Shown: positions 39,203 to 50,063 of the stretch, in pieces
Layout: each line of letters begins with the position of its first letter
How positions within the stretch are numbered: the stretch's first letter is position 1
Assembly (NCBI GenBank): GCA_964016885.1
Contig: OZ024750.1
Coordinates: forward strand, 6,262,001 to 6,326,000
Length of the DNA: 64,000 nt
Reading direction: 5' to 3'
DNA from: Eledone cirrhosa
Taxonomy: Eukaryota
The notes under the pieces: model-generated
Seen by the model: the letters and a program-made list of their open reading frames with translations, nothing else
Databases searched by the model: none
What the model was told of the DNA's origin: nothing
Translations under genes and position numbers: made by a program

Positions 39203-39585
39203 ATATGTGGTACATAAATATTTTTATCACTTCACGAATCAACCACTGTGATCTTTCTTATTAATTACTGTTTACAAAGAAAAAGATATATTCTTGGATA
39301 AAAAAATCACTACATTATCACGGGTAGCATTTTTCTCCAGAAGACAAGAAATGTTTCCTAATCATTCTTTTGGGCTATCTCGTCATTCGGTTGTTATTTA
39401 CTGAAATCATTATGAGAACCGTCAGTGATATTAGGTTAGGCTCTGCTGGTATAGTCTAATGAGACCAAATCATATCTAGGATTTTACCGTACTGACAAGC
39501 ACCAAGCTCTCTTCTAATTTAATTTGGTGAAGTATATTACCTAAGAACTATAAACTGATCCTATATCAGTGGGGGATATATGAAC

Positions 39586-39662
<77 letters not shown>

Positions 39663-39705
39663 CATTAGAAAATCTGACTGATAAAATGACAAGTCAGTCA
39701 TATTG

Positions 39706-39930
39706 GTGCCCTCCCCACAGCCCCGGCGACAGAATGGAGAAGGCGTTTTCCCGGAGGATGGTAAGGGTGATGCGCTGGCAGAGCCATTCCAGCTCGCGAG
39801 GCTCACAACTGCGGCTGGCCAGCTCAGCGTCTATGGTAGTGAGTAGGGAGGTAGCCCTAGGGCCAAGGACATCAGAAGTCTCCACTGCCAAGGGCACGAC
39901 TGCGAACCTGTCGGAGAGCGACCGGTATTT
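39706..39930 (-). mobile_element. CRE-clade LINE 3' fragment (RLE domain end)
   Basis: KYRSLSDRFAVVPLAVETSDVLGPRATSLLTTIDAELASRSCEPRELEWLCQRITLTILRENAFSIL contains the KY...PxAVETxG...QRIxxxIxRxNAxSIL motifs. Confidence 0.75.
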
Positions 39931-40657
39931 TGTTTGTAAATAATGTTGTTGTTTTTATTAATCATTAAGATAATGACTGTTTCACATCATTTATTAATTA
40001 AAACTTCTTGACTGGTTAGATTAACAATTTTAGCTCCTACTTTATGTATTCTTTTGAAAAACGTAGAACACTTTGAATTTGTTTGTTTCTTTGTGACTAA
40101 TCACATAGCTACAAATTTATTGAATATAACGAAGGAAAGAATACAATTGTGAAAAAGATCATGTTTTACTCGAAATATTAGTGTCATAAGGTAAAAGAAT
40201 ATGGTTCCACCCATGACACGAGATTGATAGAATTCTTCAGTCATTCGATAATATTAGTACCGAAGGAATAAAAGCAGCGAACAAAACGAAACAAAATAAG
40301 AGAAAAAGAAAAGAATATTCTTGTAAATGCTGCTAATTAAGTAGTTCGCCCTCTGTTCAAAGTTTGCTGTTTGGAAGCAAAATCAATCGAAGAAATCAAA
40401 CATTTCGGCACCTTAAGAAGTAATAATTCATTTCCTCTAAATACGAACTGTAGCTAGAATAAAGGAGACATCAGGCTTAGAAGGGTTTAACGAAAATGGC
40501 ACATATTCCTCTTTGTTTTGTTCTTCATTGTAAGAAGATCGAAATATTTTCCTGTGAAGAAAGCTTCTTTTAAGTATAAGATTGTTGCTGCGCAGACAAA
40601 CATCTAGGTTCCACAGGGATAATTTCCGCAAACAGAAACACACATACACGTGCTATT

Positions 40658-40715
<58 letters not shown>

Positions 40716-40784
40716 CACACACACACATATATTATATATATATCACTCAAAGGGACACACACAGAAATAGACACACATATATAT

Positions 40785-40881
<97 letters not shown>

Positions 40882-40993
40882 ATGTGTATGGATTCGTAAA
40901 ACATGGTCAGTTTAGTGATGGGGGAGAGAGAGATAAATAAATAGATATGTTGGAGGAGAGGGAGAGAATGCTAGATGTGTGGATAGATAGATA

Positions 40994-41230
40994 AGTTTCT
41001 TTTATTTGCCACTAGGGCATCAAAAGTGGGACAAGTACAAAGGGGGGAGTTTACACAAAAAGGCGTCCTCAATAAGGAGGAGGCAATAACAAAATATAAA
41101 AATAAAATAAGATATAACAAAAATAAAATTTTTAACAAAATCCTCAATAGAGAGGAGGCGCCTTGGGGGTCGCACACACCCCCGAAAAAAGTGTGCAACC
41201 CTTTTCCTCAGGAGCACAGAGAGGGGGTGC
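40994..41230 (-). mobile_element. 5'-truncated copy (3' UTR only) of the Tx1-like LINE
   Basis: Near-identical to 41286-41524; flanked by (GATA)n on both sides. Confidence 0.95.
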
Positions 41231-41286
<56 letters not shown>

Positions 41287-41549
41287 GTTTCTTTTATTTG
41301 CCACTAGGGCATCAAAAGTGGGACAAGTACAAAGGGGGGAGTTTACACAAAAAGGCGTCCTCAATAAGGAGGAGGCAATAACAAAATATAAAAATAAAAT
41401 AAGATATAACAAAAAATAAAATTTTTAACAAAATCCTCAATGGAGAGGAGGCGCCTTGGGGGGTCGCACACACCCCCGAAAAAAGTGTGCAACCCTTTTC
41501 CTCAGGAGCACAGAGAGGGGGTGCTCCCTCGTTCCTTCCTCTTTTCCAC

Positions 41550-44500
41550 CTACAGGCTTATGTAAAGAGAAGGCCCATTCACACGGGCCATTCTCGCCAC
41601 TTTCACCCACCTTTCATAAAAACGACTGGGGTGCAGCACCTCTCTCTCCATCCTGATCCTTCTTCCGAAATGATATCGGAAGAAACGGACCAGTTGTTGG
41701 CCAGAGAGAAAGGCGCCCGACCTCAGTCCTTTCAGACGCGTCCACCATACAACCTCTTTCGCCATGGCTATTACGCACAGAAACACCGCCTCTGCTTCAT
41801 CTTTGAAGGGGGGAGGCGGCTTGATCATTACAATAGACTCGGTGGTCAACCGGATCGGTCCCACCCTTGACAGCAGTTGTTCGACATAGCCCCACAGATC
41901 GGCTACGCCCGAGCAGTGTACCAATGCGTGTGCAACGGTTTCCTCGTCGCACACGCATCTGGGACAGATCTTTTTGGCGGGGTCCCTACCCGGGCGCCCG
42001 TGTCTGTAGAGCCTTTCTCGAACGGGTAAAGCCCCTCGGTAGCACTGCCAGGCCAGGGACTTCTGGAAGTTGTCCATAGGTCCCGGGCTGAATGTCCTAC
42101 CGAACAGGCTGGCCAGTTCGTCCTCCTCCATGTCTAGGGCTTCTCCGAGGGCGTCGTCGCACCTGCTGCGTACCAGCCCTCTATAGAATGTTGCGGTGGA
42201 GTCTCCACTGATAACCGGATCCGCCTGCCAGAGGGCGGTGAGCGCCTGGGCACACTCAGTGTGCCAGGCGCCCAGTTTTCTCGGTCTCTGCTTGACCCAG
42301 GATTGCAGTTCGGTGAGTGAGACGAGTCTGGGAAAGGTTCGTCTCACAAACGGGGCCCACACCGGTTGTCCGGTGAGGAATACGTAGAGGTGCCGTAGCC
42401 TTAATGCGTGTTTACGCATCATTAGCCACGGCATCCCCAGCCCTCCTTTCGAAGGGTGTTGACAGCAGATGGATCTCCTCACCATAGGAGCCCGCCCCTT
42501 CCAAAGGAATTGGAAGAGCGCGCGCTCCATCTTGGTGAGGGTTTCCCTTGGGCAGGGCACTACGGTCAGGCGGTAGTAGATGACGGACGCTATATAAGTG
42601 TTCGCCACCTCCGCCCGACCTTTCAGGGATAGTTTGCAACTGGCCCACTTCTGGGTCAGTGCAAACACCCTGTTCGTAACCTCCGCCCAGTTTTTCTCCA
42701 CCTGGAGGTCCGGTCCGAACCAGACCCCGAGCAACTTCACCGGGCCCTCCGTCCAGCGTCCGACGACGCCATCGGAGGGCATCGGTCTGCCCCTCCACGT
42801 GCCGAGTTGCAAACCGATCGACTTGTCCCGGTTCAGCTTAGCCCCTGTGAACTTTTCGTACTCCTCCAGTAAGGTGCCGACCGCCTCGATTTCGGAGGCC
42901 GTCGACACCATTACTGTCACATCATCGGCGTAGGCTGACACCGCTTTCCGCAATCCCGGTTCCAAAGGGATGCCCTGCAACAACTCCAACTTCCGCAGTA
43001 GTGGCTCGAGAGTCAACACATACAGAAGGGAGGAGAGAGGGCACCCTTGTCGGATGGACCGCGCGATTTTGAACGGCTCCGAGAGGTAGCCGTTCACCTT
43101 GACCCTAGAGCAGATGCGGCTGCTGTGCATAGCAGTGATCCAGCCCCTGAAAACGGGTCCGAAGCCTGCCGCCGCTAGCACCGCATCCAGGTAACCATGG
43201 TCGACCCTATCGAACGCCTTAGATTGATCCAAGTTGATCAGAGCCCCACCAAAGCCGGGTTCGTTCCCAACCCTCTCTATGATGTATCGCATGAGGTGGA
43301 GGTTGTCATGGATGGACCTGGACGGGATAGCGCATGTCTGCGCATCTCCCACCAGGTTGCCCACGACAAGCGCCAACCTCTTTGCTAGCACCTTGGCCAA
43401 AATCTGTAACTCTGTATTTAGCAGAGTTATGGGCCTGAAGTTACTTATTTCGTCCCCCTTGTTCTCGTCCTTCCTCACTAGCGTGACTACGCCCTTGGTC
43501 ACAGTACAGGGAATTCTCCCGTTCTGTTGCCAGTTGCAGTAGACCGCCTCGAGGAGATCGGGGAACAAGTCCGGCATAGCTAGATATAATTCGTAAGGAA
43601 GACCATCGAGACCCGGGGATTTGCGTTTGCCGCATTGGCCCAGCACGTCCTCTATCTCAGCGGCCGAAATCGGCTCCTCGCAAGACTTCGCTTCCCTGTC
43701 CGAGAGGCGCGGCAGGCCGTCGAGGTATGGACCGAAGTCCACGTTTCCAACCGGCTCCCCGCCCCTCCCGAACAGTCGGGCAAAGTGCCTTTGAAAGGCC
43801 TCACACATCTGCTTAGGCTCAAGAATCGCCCGTCCATCCAGGTCTCGCAAAGACCGGATGGTGGATTTAGTTCCACTGTTGGCCTCTGTCACGCGGGCCC
43901 AGCTAACAGCTTTGGCCCCCTCGTTTCCTAGAGCACGTATTTTACTTCGGACAACGCAGCCTTCGTGCTTCGCGTCGAAAAACTGGCTCAAAGCCGTTCT
44001 CGACGCTAGCACTCTGGCCACGTCGCCGCTTCTAATTGCCTCTTCTACTCTATCTATTAGCTCCCTTTCCTTCCTATTCCTATCCGCAGCTAGAACCTTA
44101 CTAAATTCAATCGAGACTACTCTAATCTCTCTCTTTAGAGATACCCACCACCTGCTGTTGACGATCGCTCCAGTCAACCGTTCCTTAACTAACGTACTAA
44201 TCCGATTCCTGTAGGCTCTACTTGCCGGCAAGGACAAGTTGAGCTTCCAGTAACCGGGGCCCTGTCTATGCGTTCTATCAAGGTTGACCATGCAGGTCAC
44301 CAACTTGTGGTCTGAATAGCCAACCATGAGCATTTCTGGACAACTTAAAAAGTCCCTGTCCTTATTTCTAACTAAAAATCTATCTAGGTACGATCTAGAT
44401 GATCCGCTGCGATTTGACCAAGACCAGGTTGGCACCGTCGGAAAATCTAGTCGAAATCTATCGGCCAGGTCAAATCGGCCGAGTAACCCCTTGAGGCTGT

Positions 44501-44987
44501 TGCACCCCTCTCTATCGGGACATGCCCCTGCATAGTCCCAACGTGCATCCAGGATACCATTCCAATCCCCCACTAAAAGCAGGGAACGGGACGTCCCTAG
44601 AAAAGACTCCAGACGCTGGAAAAAGTCGGGCCGCTCTGTCCCAAAAGGGGCATATGCGGCTATCAGCCTAAAGGCTCTACCTTCACCACTGCCAAGGTCC
44701 AGCACCACCAGTCGACCCCCTGGGTCCAAGTGAACTATCTGTGTTGCAAGGCCCATATGTTTTTGCAGCAGAACGACAACCCCACCCCCACCTCCGGGCT
44801 GACAGAGAGATGCGTGCATCTCAAAGTCGTCAAAGGTGGGGGCTAGCTGTCGCATGCTGCTGATCCGGGCCTCGCAGATAACCATCACATTTATAGATTG
44901 TGACCTGAGGTCATTTAGAAGCATTGCTTGCTTCCAAGACGAGCCCAGGCCACGCGCATTTAGACACCCTACTCTTAGCACAGCCAT
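41550..44987 (-). CDS. LINE ORF2: APE endonuclease, reverse transcriptase and C-terminal CCHC finger (1145 aa from ATG 44987)
   Basis: APE motifs LNARG, YAP, GDWN, LDRF, SDH; GPGYWKLN linker; RT motifs SPGLDG, FRPITLLN, LDQSKAFDRVDH, RQGCPLS, YADD; CPRC...ETVAHALVHC. Confidence 0.97.
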   Translation of the reverse strand: MAVLRVGCLNARGLGSSWKQAMLLNDLRSQSINVMVICEARISSMRQLAPTFDDFEMHASLCQPGGGGGVVVLLQKHMGLATQIVHLDPGGRLVVLDLGSGEGRAFRLIAAYAPFGTERPDFFQRLESFLGTSRSLLLVGDWNGILDARWDYAGACPDREGCNSLKGLLGRFDLADRFRLDFPTVPTWSWSNRSGSSRSYLDRFLVRNKDRDFLSCPEMLMVGYSDHKLVTCMVNLDRTHRQGPGYWKLNLSLPASRAYRNRISTLVKERLTGAIVNSRWWVSLKREIRVVSIEFSKVLAADRNRKERELIDRVEEAIRSGDVARVLASRTALSQFFDAKHEGCVVRSKIRALGNEGAKAVSWARVTEANSGTKSTIRSLRDLDGRAILEPKQMCEAFQRHFARLFGRGGEPVGNVDFGPYLDGLPRLSDREAKSCEEPISAAEIEDVLGQCGKRKSPGLDGLPYELYLAMPDLFPDLLEAVYCNWQQNGRIPCTVTKGVVTLVRKDENKGDEISNFRPITLLNTELQILAKVLAKRLALVVGNLVGDAQTCAIPSRSIHDNLHLMRYIIERVGNEPGFGGALINLDQSKAFDRVDHGYLDAVLAAAGFGPVFRGWITAMHSSRICSRVKVNGYLSEPFKIARSIRQGCPLSSLLYVLTLEPLLRKLELLQGIPLEPGLRKAVSAYADDVTVMVSTASEIEAVGTLLEEYEKFTGAKLNRDKSIGLQLGTWRGRPMPSDGVVGRWTEGPVKLLGVWFGPDLQVEKNWAEVTNRVFALTQKWASCKLSLKGRAEVANTYIASVIYYRLTVVPCPRETLTKMERALFQFLWKGRAPMVRRSICCQHPSKGGLGMPWLMMRKHALRLRHLYVFLTGQPVWAPFVRRTFPRLVSLTELQSWVKQRPRKLGAWHTECAQALTALWQADPVISGDSTATFYRGLVRSRCDDALGEALDMEEDELASLFGRTFSPGPMDNFQKSLAWQCYRGALPVRERLYRHGRPGRDPAKKICPRCVCDEETVAHALVHCSGVADLWGYVEQLLSRVGPIRLTTESIVMIKPPPPFKDEAEAVFLCVIAMAKEVVWWTRLKGLRSGAFLSGQQLVRFFRYHFGRRIRMEREVLHPSRFYERWVKVARMARVNGPSLYISL

Positions 44988-45011
44988 GTTGGTGGTAAAG
45001 AGAAAAGGCAC

Positions 45012-46654
45012 TTACCTCTCTGCGTCCCGGGAAACGGGCCGCTCAATTTCCATGCTGGTTGGGGATGGGTTGTTGGGTGGGGTTGTGGTTTGTGGAAGTG
45101 AAGGGGCATCGGTGTGTTGTGGGGTTGGGGTGTTTGTCGTTGAGTGGGTGTCTGGGTGAGGTGGGGGGGTGAAATTTTTTAGGAGGACGCGGTTGATTGG
45201 TTTGGCGCAGGGGGGGCCCACGTCCTCCGTGAAATTTATTTTCAGTGTTTTGTACAAGTGCATTGGGACTTTTATCATTTTCAAATGAGGTAGTCCCACA
45301 GCAGTTATAAAGTTTGGCCCTTCGGTTTGGACCGAAGGGTTTGCTGAAATTGTTTTCCGTAATTCTTTGTTGTCTGTGTTCATGTATGTGTATTGTAATG
45401 TCTTTTTTTGTGTAGCAGTTAGTGTTGTGTGACAGGGAGGGGTGGTTTGTGTGTAGTTTGTGTTCTCTTGGGGGGGATTAAAGTTAACATGTGTGTCTGT
45501 GGTGCGTCTCCTCTTCTTTCTTTTTACTTGTTGGAAGGGATCTTTTTCGTCTTGCGACGAAAGAGGTTCGTCTTCCTTGTTGGGTGGGAGGGGTATGTTT
45601 TCTGGTAGTGTTTGCGGTGTGCGTGTTTTTGTATTTGTTTTGGGTGGGGAGGGATTGGGTGGGACAGTATTCTGTGTTATTTTTTCACGTGTTTGTTGTT
45701 GTTGTTGTTGTGGTGGTGGTGGTGGGGTTGTTGGTTTTTGTTGTTGTTGTGGTTGTTTTTGTTGTTGTAGTTGGGGTGGTGTTGGTGTTGGTAGCAGTGT
45801 TTTTTTCTGTGTGAGCTGGGGACAGGCAGCCCTCAGGTGACCTCTATTGCCACAGAGGTAACAGGAGGGACGCCTACCCTCCACAATAATGTTGAGGTGG
45901 GTACGGTCATCCAGCATGACGCGCTCAGGGATTTGGGCGATGCGTTCTGGCCTTATTTGGGTCAGAACTTCGATGCTCGTTCCACTGAACGCGTCGCCGG
46001 ATGCCTTCCCTATTGAGATGAGGTTGTCCTCGTCTAAATTGAGGAAACCGGTTAGTAACCACCAGTAGTTTATGTTTGGGGTGATGGTGGTTATCCATAT
46101 CCTCTGGGTTTTTTTACCCATGTAGGTAGGGAAGAAGGTGTAGTGTGTGGACCGAATTGGCGACACAGAGTATTTTTTTGCCGCCAATTCGTCTTTCATC
46201 AATATGGATAAACTCCCATAGAGTTTATCCTTTTGTATGAAAGTGATGTCTCTCATCGCGTCTTTCAAGACTAACTGAGTTTCCGCTTGAGATGGTTGCG
46301 CTGGTTTCTTTGTTTTATTTAAAATTGTTCGGAATACGACAGTTCGTAATTCCGTCTGTCTTTTTAGCTCCGGAGGTGAATGTATAGAAAACGATCCGTT
46401 TTCGCCAAAAGACACATATTTCTTGGCTTTTTCCAGCATTTCTTTTGCTTTTGAAATATCTTCCAGCATATAAGCGACTGATAATTTAGCCGTTTGTGCA
46501 AAAGATATTTTGTTTTCGTTTTGGATATTAGTATTGTTTTGTTTCTCGTCGTTTGAGTTGTTTTCATCTTTGTTGTTGTTGTTGTCTTTCTCGTTTCGTG
46601 TGTGGATACTTGTGACGTTTGTGTTGTTGTTGTTTTTGTTGTCTTTATTGTTGC

Positions 46655-46685
<31 letters not shown>

Positions 46686-46859
46686 TTCAAATTCTTGTGT
46701 AGTTGTGGCTACATCTAGTGGTCGGTCAACAGGTGAAGACAATTCTTCCTCTCTCTGACCTCTGCCTTTGGCATCTGCTGCTGTGACAGTGGCAGGGGGA
46801 AGCTGTGAGTATGACTTCCCCTTTCCTTCTTTGATTGATGGTGAAGATGATTCAGCCAT
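45012..46859 (-). CDS. LINE ORF1 nucleic-acid-binding protein with gag-type zinc knuckle (615 aa from ATG 46859)
   Basis: CYLCGNRGHLRAAC (CX2CX4HX4C); basic VKRKKRRR patch; Asn-rich and Pro/Gln-rich tracts; lies directly upstream of ORF2. Confidence 0.92.
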
Positions 46860-47076
46860 TTTTCTCAAAATAGGGTTTTTCGAAGTTTTTCGAAAGATAA
46901 AATGTTCACAATACTATTTCGCCCAAAGGCGCAGAATATTTTGAGAGACCGACCAGATCAAAATTTGACCTGGCAGTCCCTCTACAAAATGATACAAAAA
47001 TGAAAGTTTACAGTTTACAATTTCCGTATGAATTTAAACAAAAACTTACCGAGCGAGCTCAGCACATGTGTCCATC

Positions 47077-47112
<36 letters not shown>

Positions 47113-47113
<1 letters not shown>

Positions 47114-47437
47114 GTTTCTTTTATTTGCCACTAGGGCATCAAAAGTGGGACAAGTACAAAGGGGGGAGTTTACACAAAAAGGCGTCCTCAATAAGGAGGA
47201 GGCAATAACAAAATATAAAAATAAAATAAGATATAACAAAAAATAAAATTTTTAACAAAATCCTCAATAGAGAGGAGGCGCCTTGGGGGGTCGCACACAC
47301 CCCCGAAAAAAGTGTGCAACCCTTTTCCTCAGGAGCACAGAGAAGGGGTGCTCCCTCGTTCCTTCCTCTTTTCCACCTACAGGCTTATGTAAAGAGAAGG
47401 CCCATTCACACGGGCCATTCTCGCCACTTTCACCCAC
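47113..47437 (-). mobile_element. 5'-truncated copy of the Tx1-like LINE (end of ORF2 plus 3' UTR)
   Basis: Near-identical to 41286-41610; flanked by (GATA)n. Confidence 0.95.
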
Positions 47438-47471
<34 letters not shown>

Positions 47472-47539
47472 GGTGGCTATGTAGCTAAATAGGTAGGTAA
47501 CTTCAAGAAGGTGTCATTCGACAATGACAGGAGTCAAAT

Positions 47540-47855
47540 ACTATATAAATTTCATCAACCTTTTCTATTCAAACGAAGTAATATTTTTGAGCAAGGCTAT
47601 CTATAAATAAACTACTATACCACATATCATACAGTATATACATTTCAACATCCTTTTCTATGAGAACGAAGTAATATGTTTGAGCAAGGCTATCCATATA
47701 TATGCTACTACACCAGACATCATACAGTATATAAATTTCAACATCGTTTTATATCAAAAGGAAGTAATGCTTTTGAGCAAGGCTTCCATATATAAGCTAC
47801 TATACCACATCGTTTTCCATTTGAAGGCAGTAATATTTTGAGCAAGTCTATATAT
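47540..47855. repeat. Diverged tandem repeat, ~93-bp unit, a little over three copies
   Basis: GAAGTAAT...TTTGAGCAAGGCT recurs near 47575, 47668, 47761 and, shortened, near 47828. Confidence 0.85.
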
Positions 47856-48869
47856 ATGATGAGAAAGGCAGTGGTGAAATTTATCAAGGTCATATTGATT
47901 GTTGTTGAATTGTTATGAGGGATTTTCTATCAAGGTTTTTATTAATAACGACGTTCAAATCACTCAGGTTATGCAAAGCTATTAGAGAATTCGTTGATGG
48001 AAGCTAGCAGTGTTGTTTTATCTTATCTGCCTAGCAGAACTGAAGGCACTAACATTCCTACACTTTTATTTGCATATGCTTCCGTTCAACTACGTTTATA
48101 GTGACATGGTAATATGAATAGAACATTTTGTGGCCGGATTTTACTACTTAAATTTCTATATATATATTTTCTTTATTTTTTATTATAATTTAACTTCATC
48201 GGAAGCTGGTGAAGTTCTTTTTGTTATCGAAGGCAGTCAGAACTACGTTGAAGGCAAACATATTCACCAACAACTCAAAATAGTGGTCCATAATTCACAT
48301 CAAGATCGATCAATTTTTTACGAGTTTTGTAATGCTACATAGAAGTATTAGTAGGATCTTTGTTATTCGTCTGAATATTCATAAATTTCTACGTGTTTTT
48401 ACAGATATATAGATGGTCAGCCCAAACAATTTGAAACGCACTTCTTCAGCTCTGTTTCTGATCGACAACAAGAACATGTCAGGTAAATCATACTCCAATC
48501 TAAATACTTAGTTTCTGAAAATGTTAGGAAGGAACATTCCCAAGGGCCATCCTCTTCGACCCTTTTCTCCTCTCGCACCCCAGACTTGCTTTGAAAAAAC
48601 TTTGCCGAAATTCTTTGAAAATTTCTACGAAGACATCTCGACTGTTGGCAGAAATCGTATTGTGGACTTTTTCATATCACGTGTTGGTCATTTGTAAACT
48701 AGAAATGAAAACACAGGCTCATGTTATACTAAAGACGCAGGATGAGTCGAAAGCTTCGTGAGCGAAGGAATTTCTAAAACAAAAATCGATTCTAAAATGA
48801 ACAATATATTATCATTTTCATTTAAACATTGCCGAGTCTAGCAGTTGCATATCCTACTATTACTACAAC

Positions 48870-49420
48870 TGTTCCTTTCATCCCAACGGGGTCGATTAAA
48901 TAAAGTACCAGTCACGCACTGGGGTCGAATTAATCAACTTTCCCCTCCCCCAAAGTTGCTGGTCTTGTGCCTATATAAGGGAGCACTATTACCACAAATG
49001 ATATTTCTATTTCTCTGCTATTAATAATGGTTTGTGATTTAGTCACAGAACTAGTAATTGGAGGAGGGTAAAGTCGATTAAATTGACCTCAGTACGTGAC
49101 TGGTACTTTATTGCATTGACCCCGAAAGGATGAAAGGCAAAGTTAAACTTGACGGGATTTGAACTCAGAGCATAAAGGGGCGTAACTATGCTAGAAAGCA
49201 TGGCGTCCAACCCTCTACCGACACTGCCAATTCACCCCAGAACGTATAATAATGATTTCTTATGGGAGGGCAAAGTTTATTAAATTGCCCCGAATGCGTT
49301 ACTTTAATTGCGGATAAAAGGTAACAATAACCTTGGTGGGATTTAAACTCAGAAAGTAAATAATGACATAATTCTGTGTCGTAAGACGTGTTGTCCGACG
49401 CTCAACGAATATTGACAATC
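48870..49420. mobile_element. Cluster of three SINE family 1 copies (one +, two -)
   Basis: Core and tail at 48870-48990 (+); copies at 49025-49235 and 49250-49420 (-). Confidence 0.85.
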
Positions 49421-50006
49421 TGTAACCCTACAACACTTGAATAATAATAAATATTATCGTTGCAGCAAAGCTGCAATGCAAAATAGAATCAGGTGAGATT
49501 TGAATTACCAAAATGCATTTGTCCAACACCATAAAGAACTCTGCCAGATCACAATAAAACAAACATATGGACCTATCAAAAACGACATAAATTCTTATGG
49601 AATATTTTTGGAAAGTGTTTCCGATTCTATATTTGAACAGATTTTGTCTGTAATATTGATCACATGTTCTGCAACAAGTCACAAACAAGCAACAATATAA
49701 TCCTCATCTTCTTCCAGTATCCCGTATCATGATTTGGCAGCCTCAGTATTTCGTACCTTGCACGTATAGAATTTATGATAAGCAAACAAGCAACAAGACA
49801 TTTGGATTACGTGCAATCCTGTTAGTTTCTGCCTAGGCTCTCTAAGCCAGTGGCTTGCGTGTATCTCGGCTCTACTTTCTATTATTCCTTCAGTTTTCCA
49901 TTCACTCATCGACTATAAAGGAACTAGTGCCAGCCATCGTTGATTGGATTAAATTACCCCGACCCTCTCCTCCATATCTATATATATATATGCATATATA
50001 TATACA

Positions 50007-50063
<57 letters not shown>

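Larger units (their letters stand above)
41286..47073 (-). mobile_element. Full-length Tx1/L1-clade non-LTR retrotransposon, about 5.8 kb, in (GATA)n
   Basis: Two uninterrupted ORFs, ~210-nt 5' UTR, ~260-nt 3' UTR ending AATAAAAGAAACT then (TATC)n. Confidence 0.95.

Noticed and set aside
41456-45840. Plus-strand and alternative-frame ORFs overlapping the LINE
   Set aside because: Shadow ORFs of GC-rich or low-complexity coding sequence with no motifs
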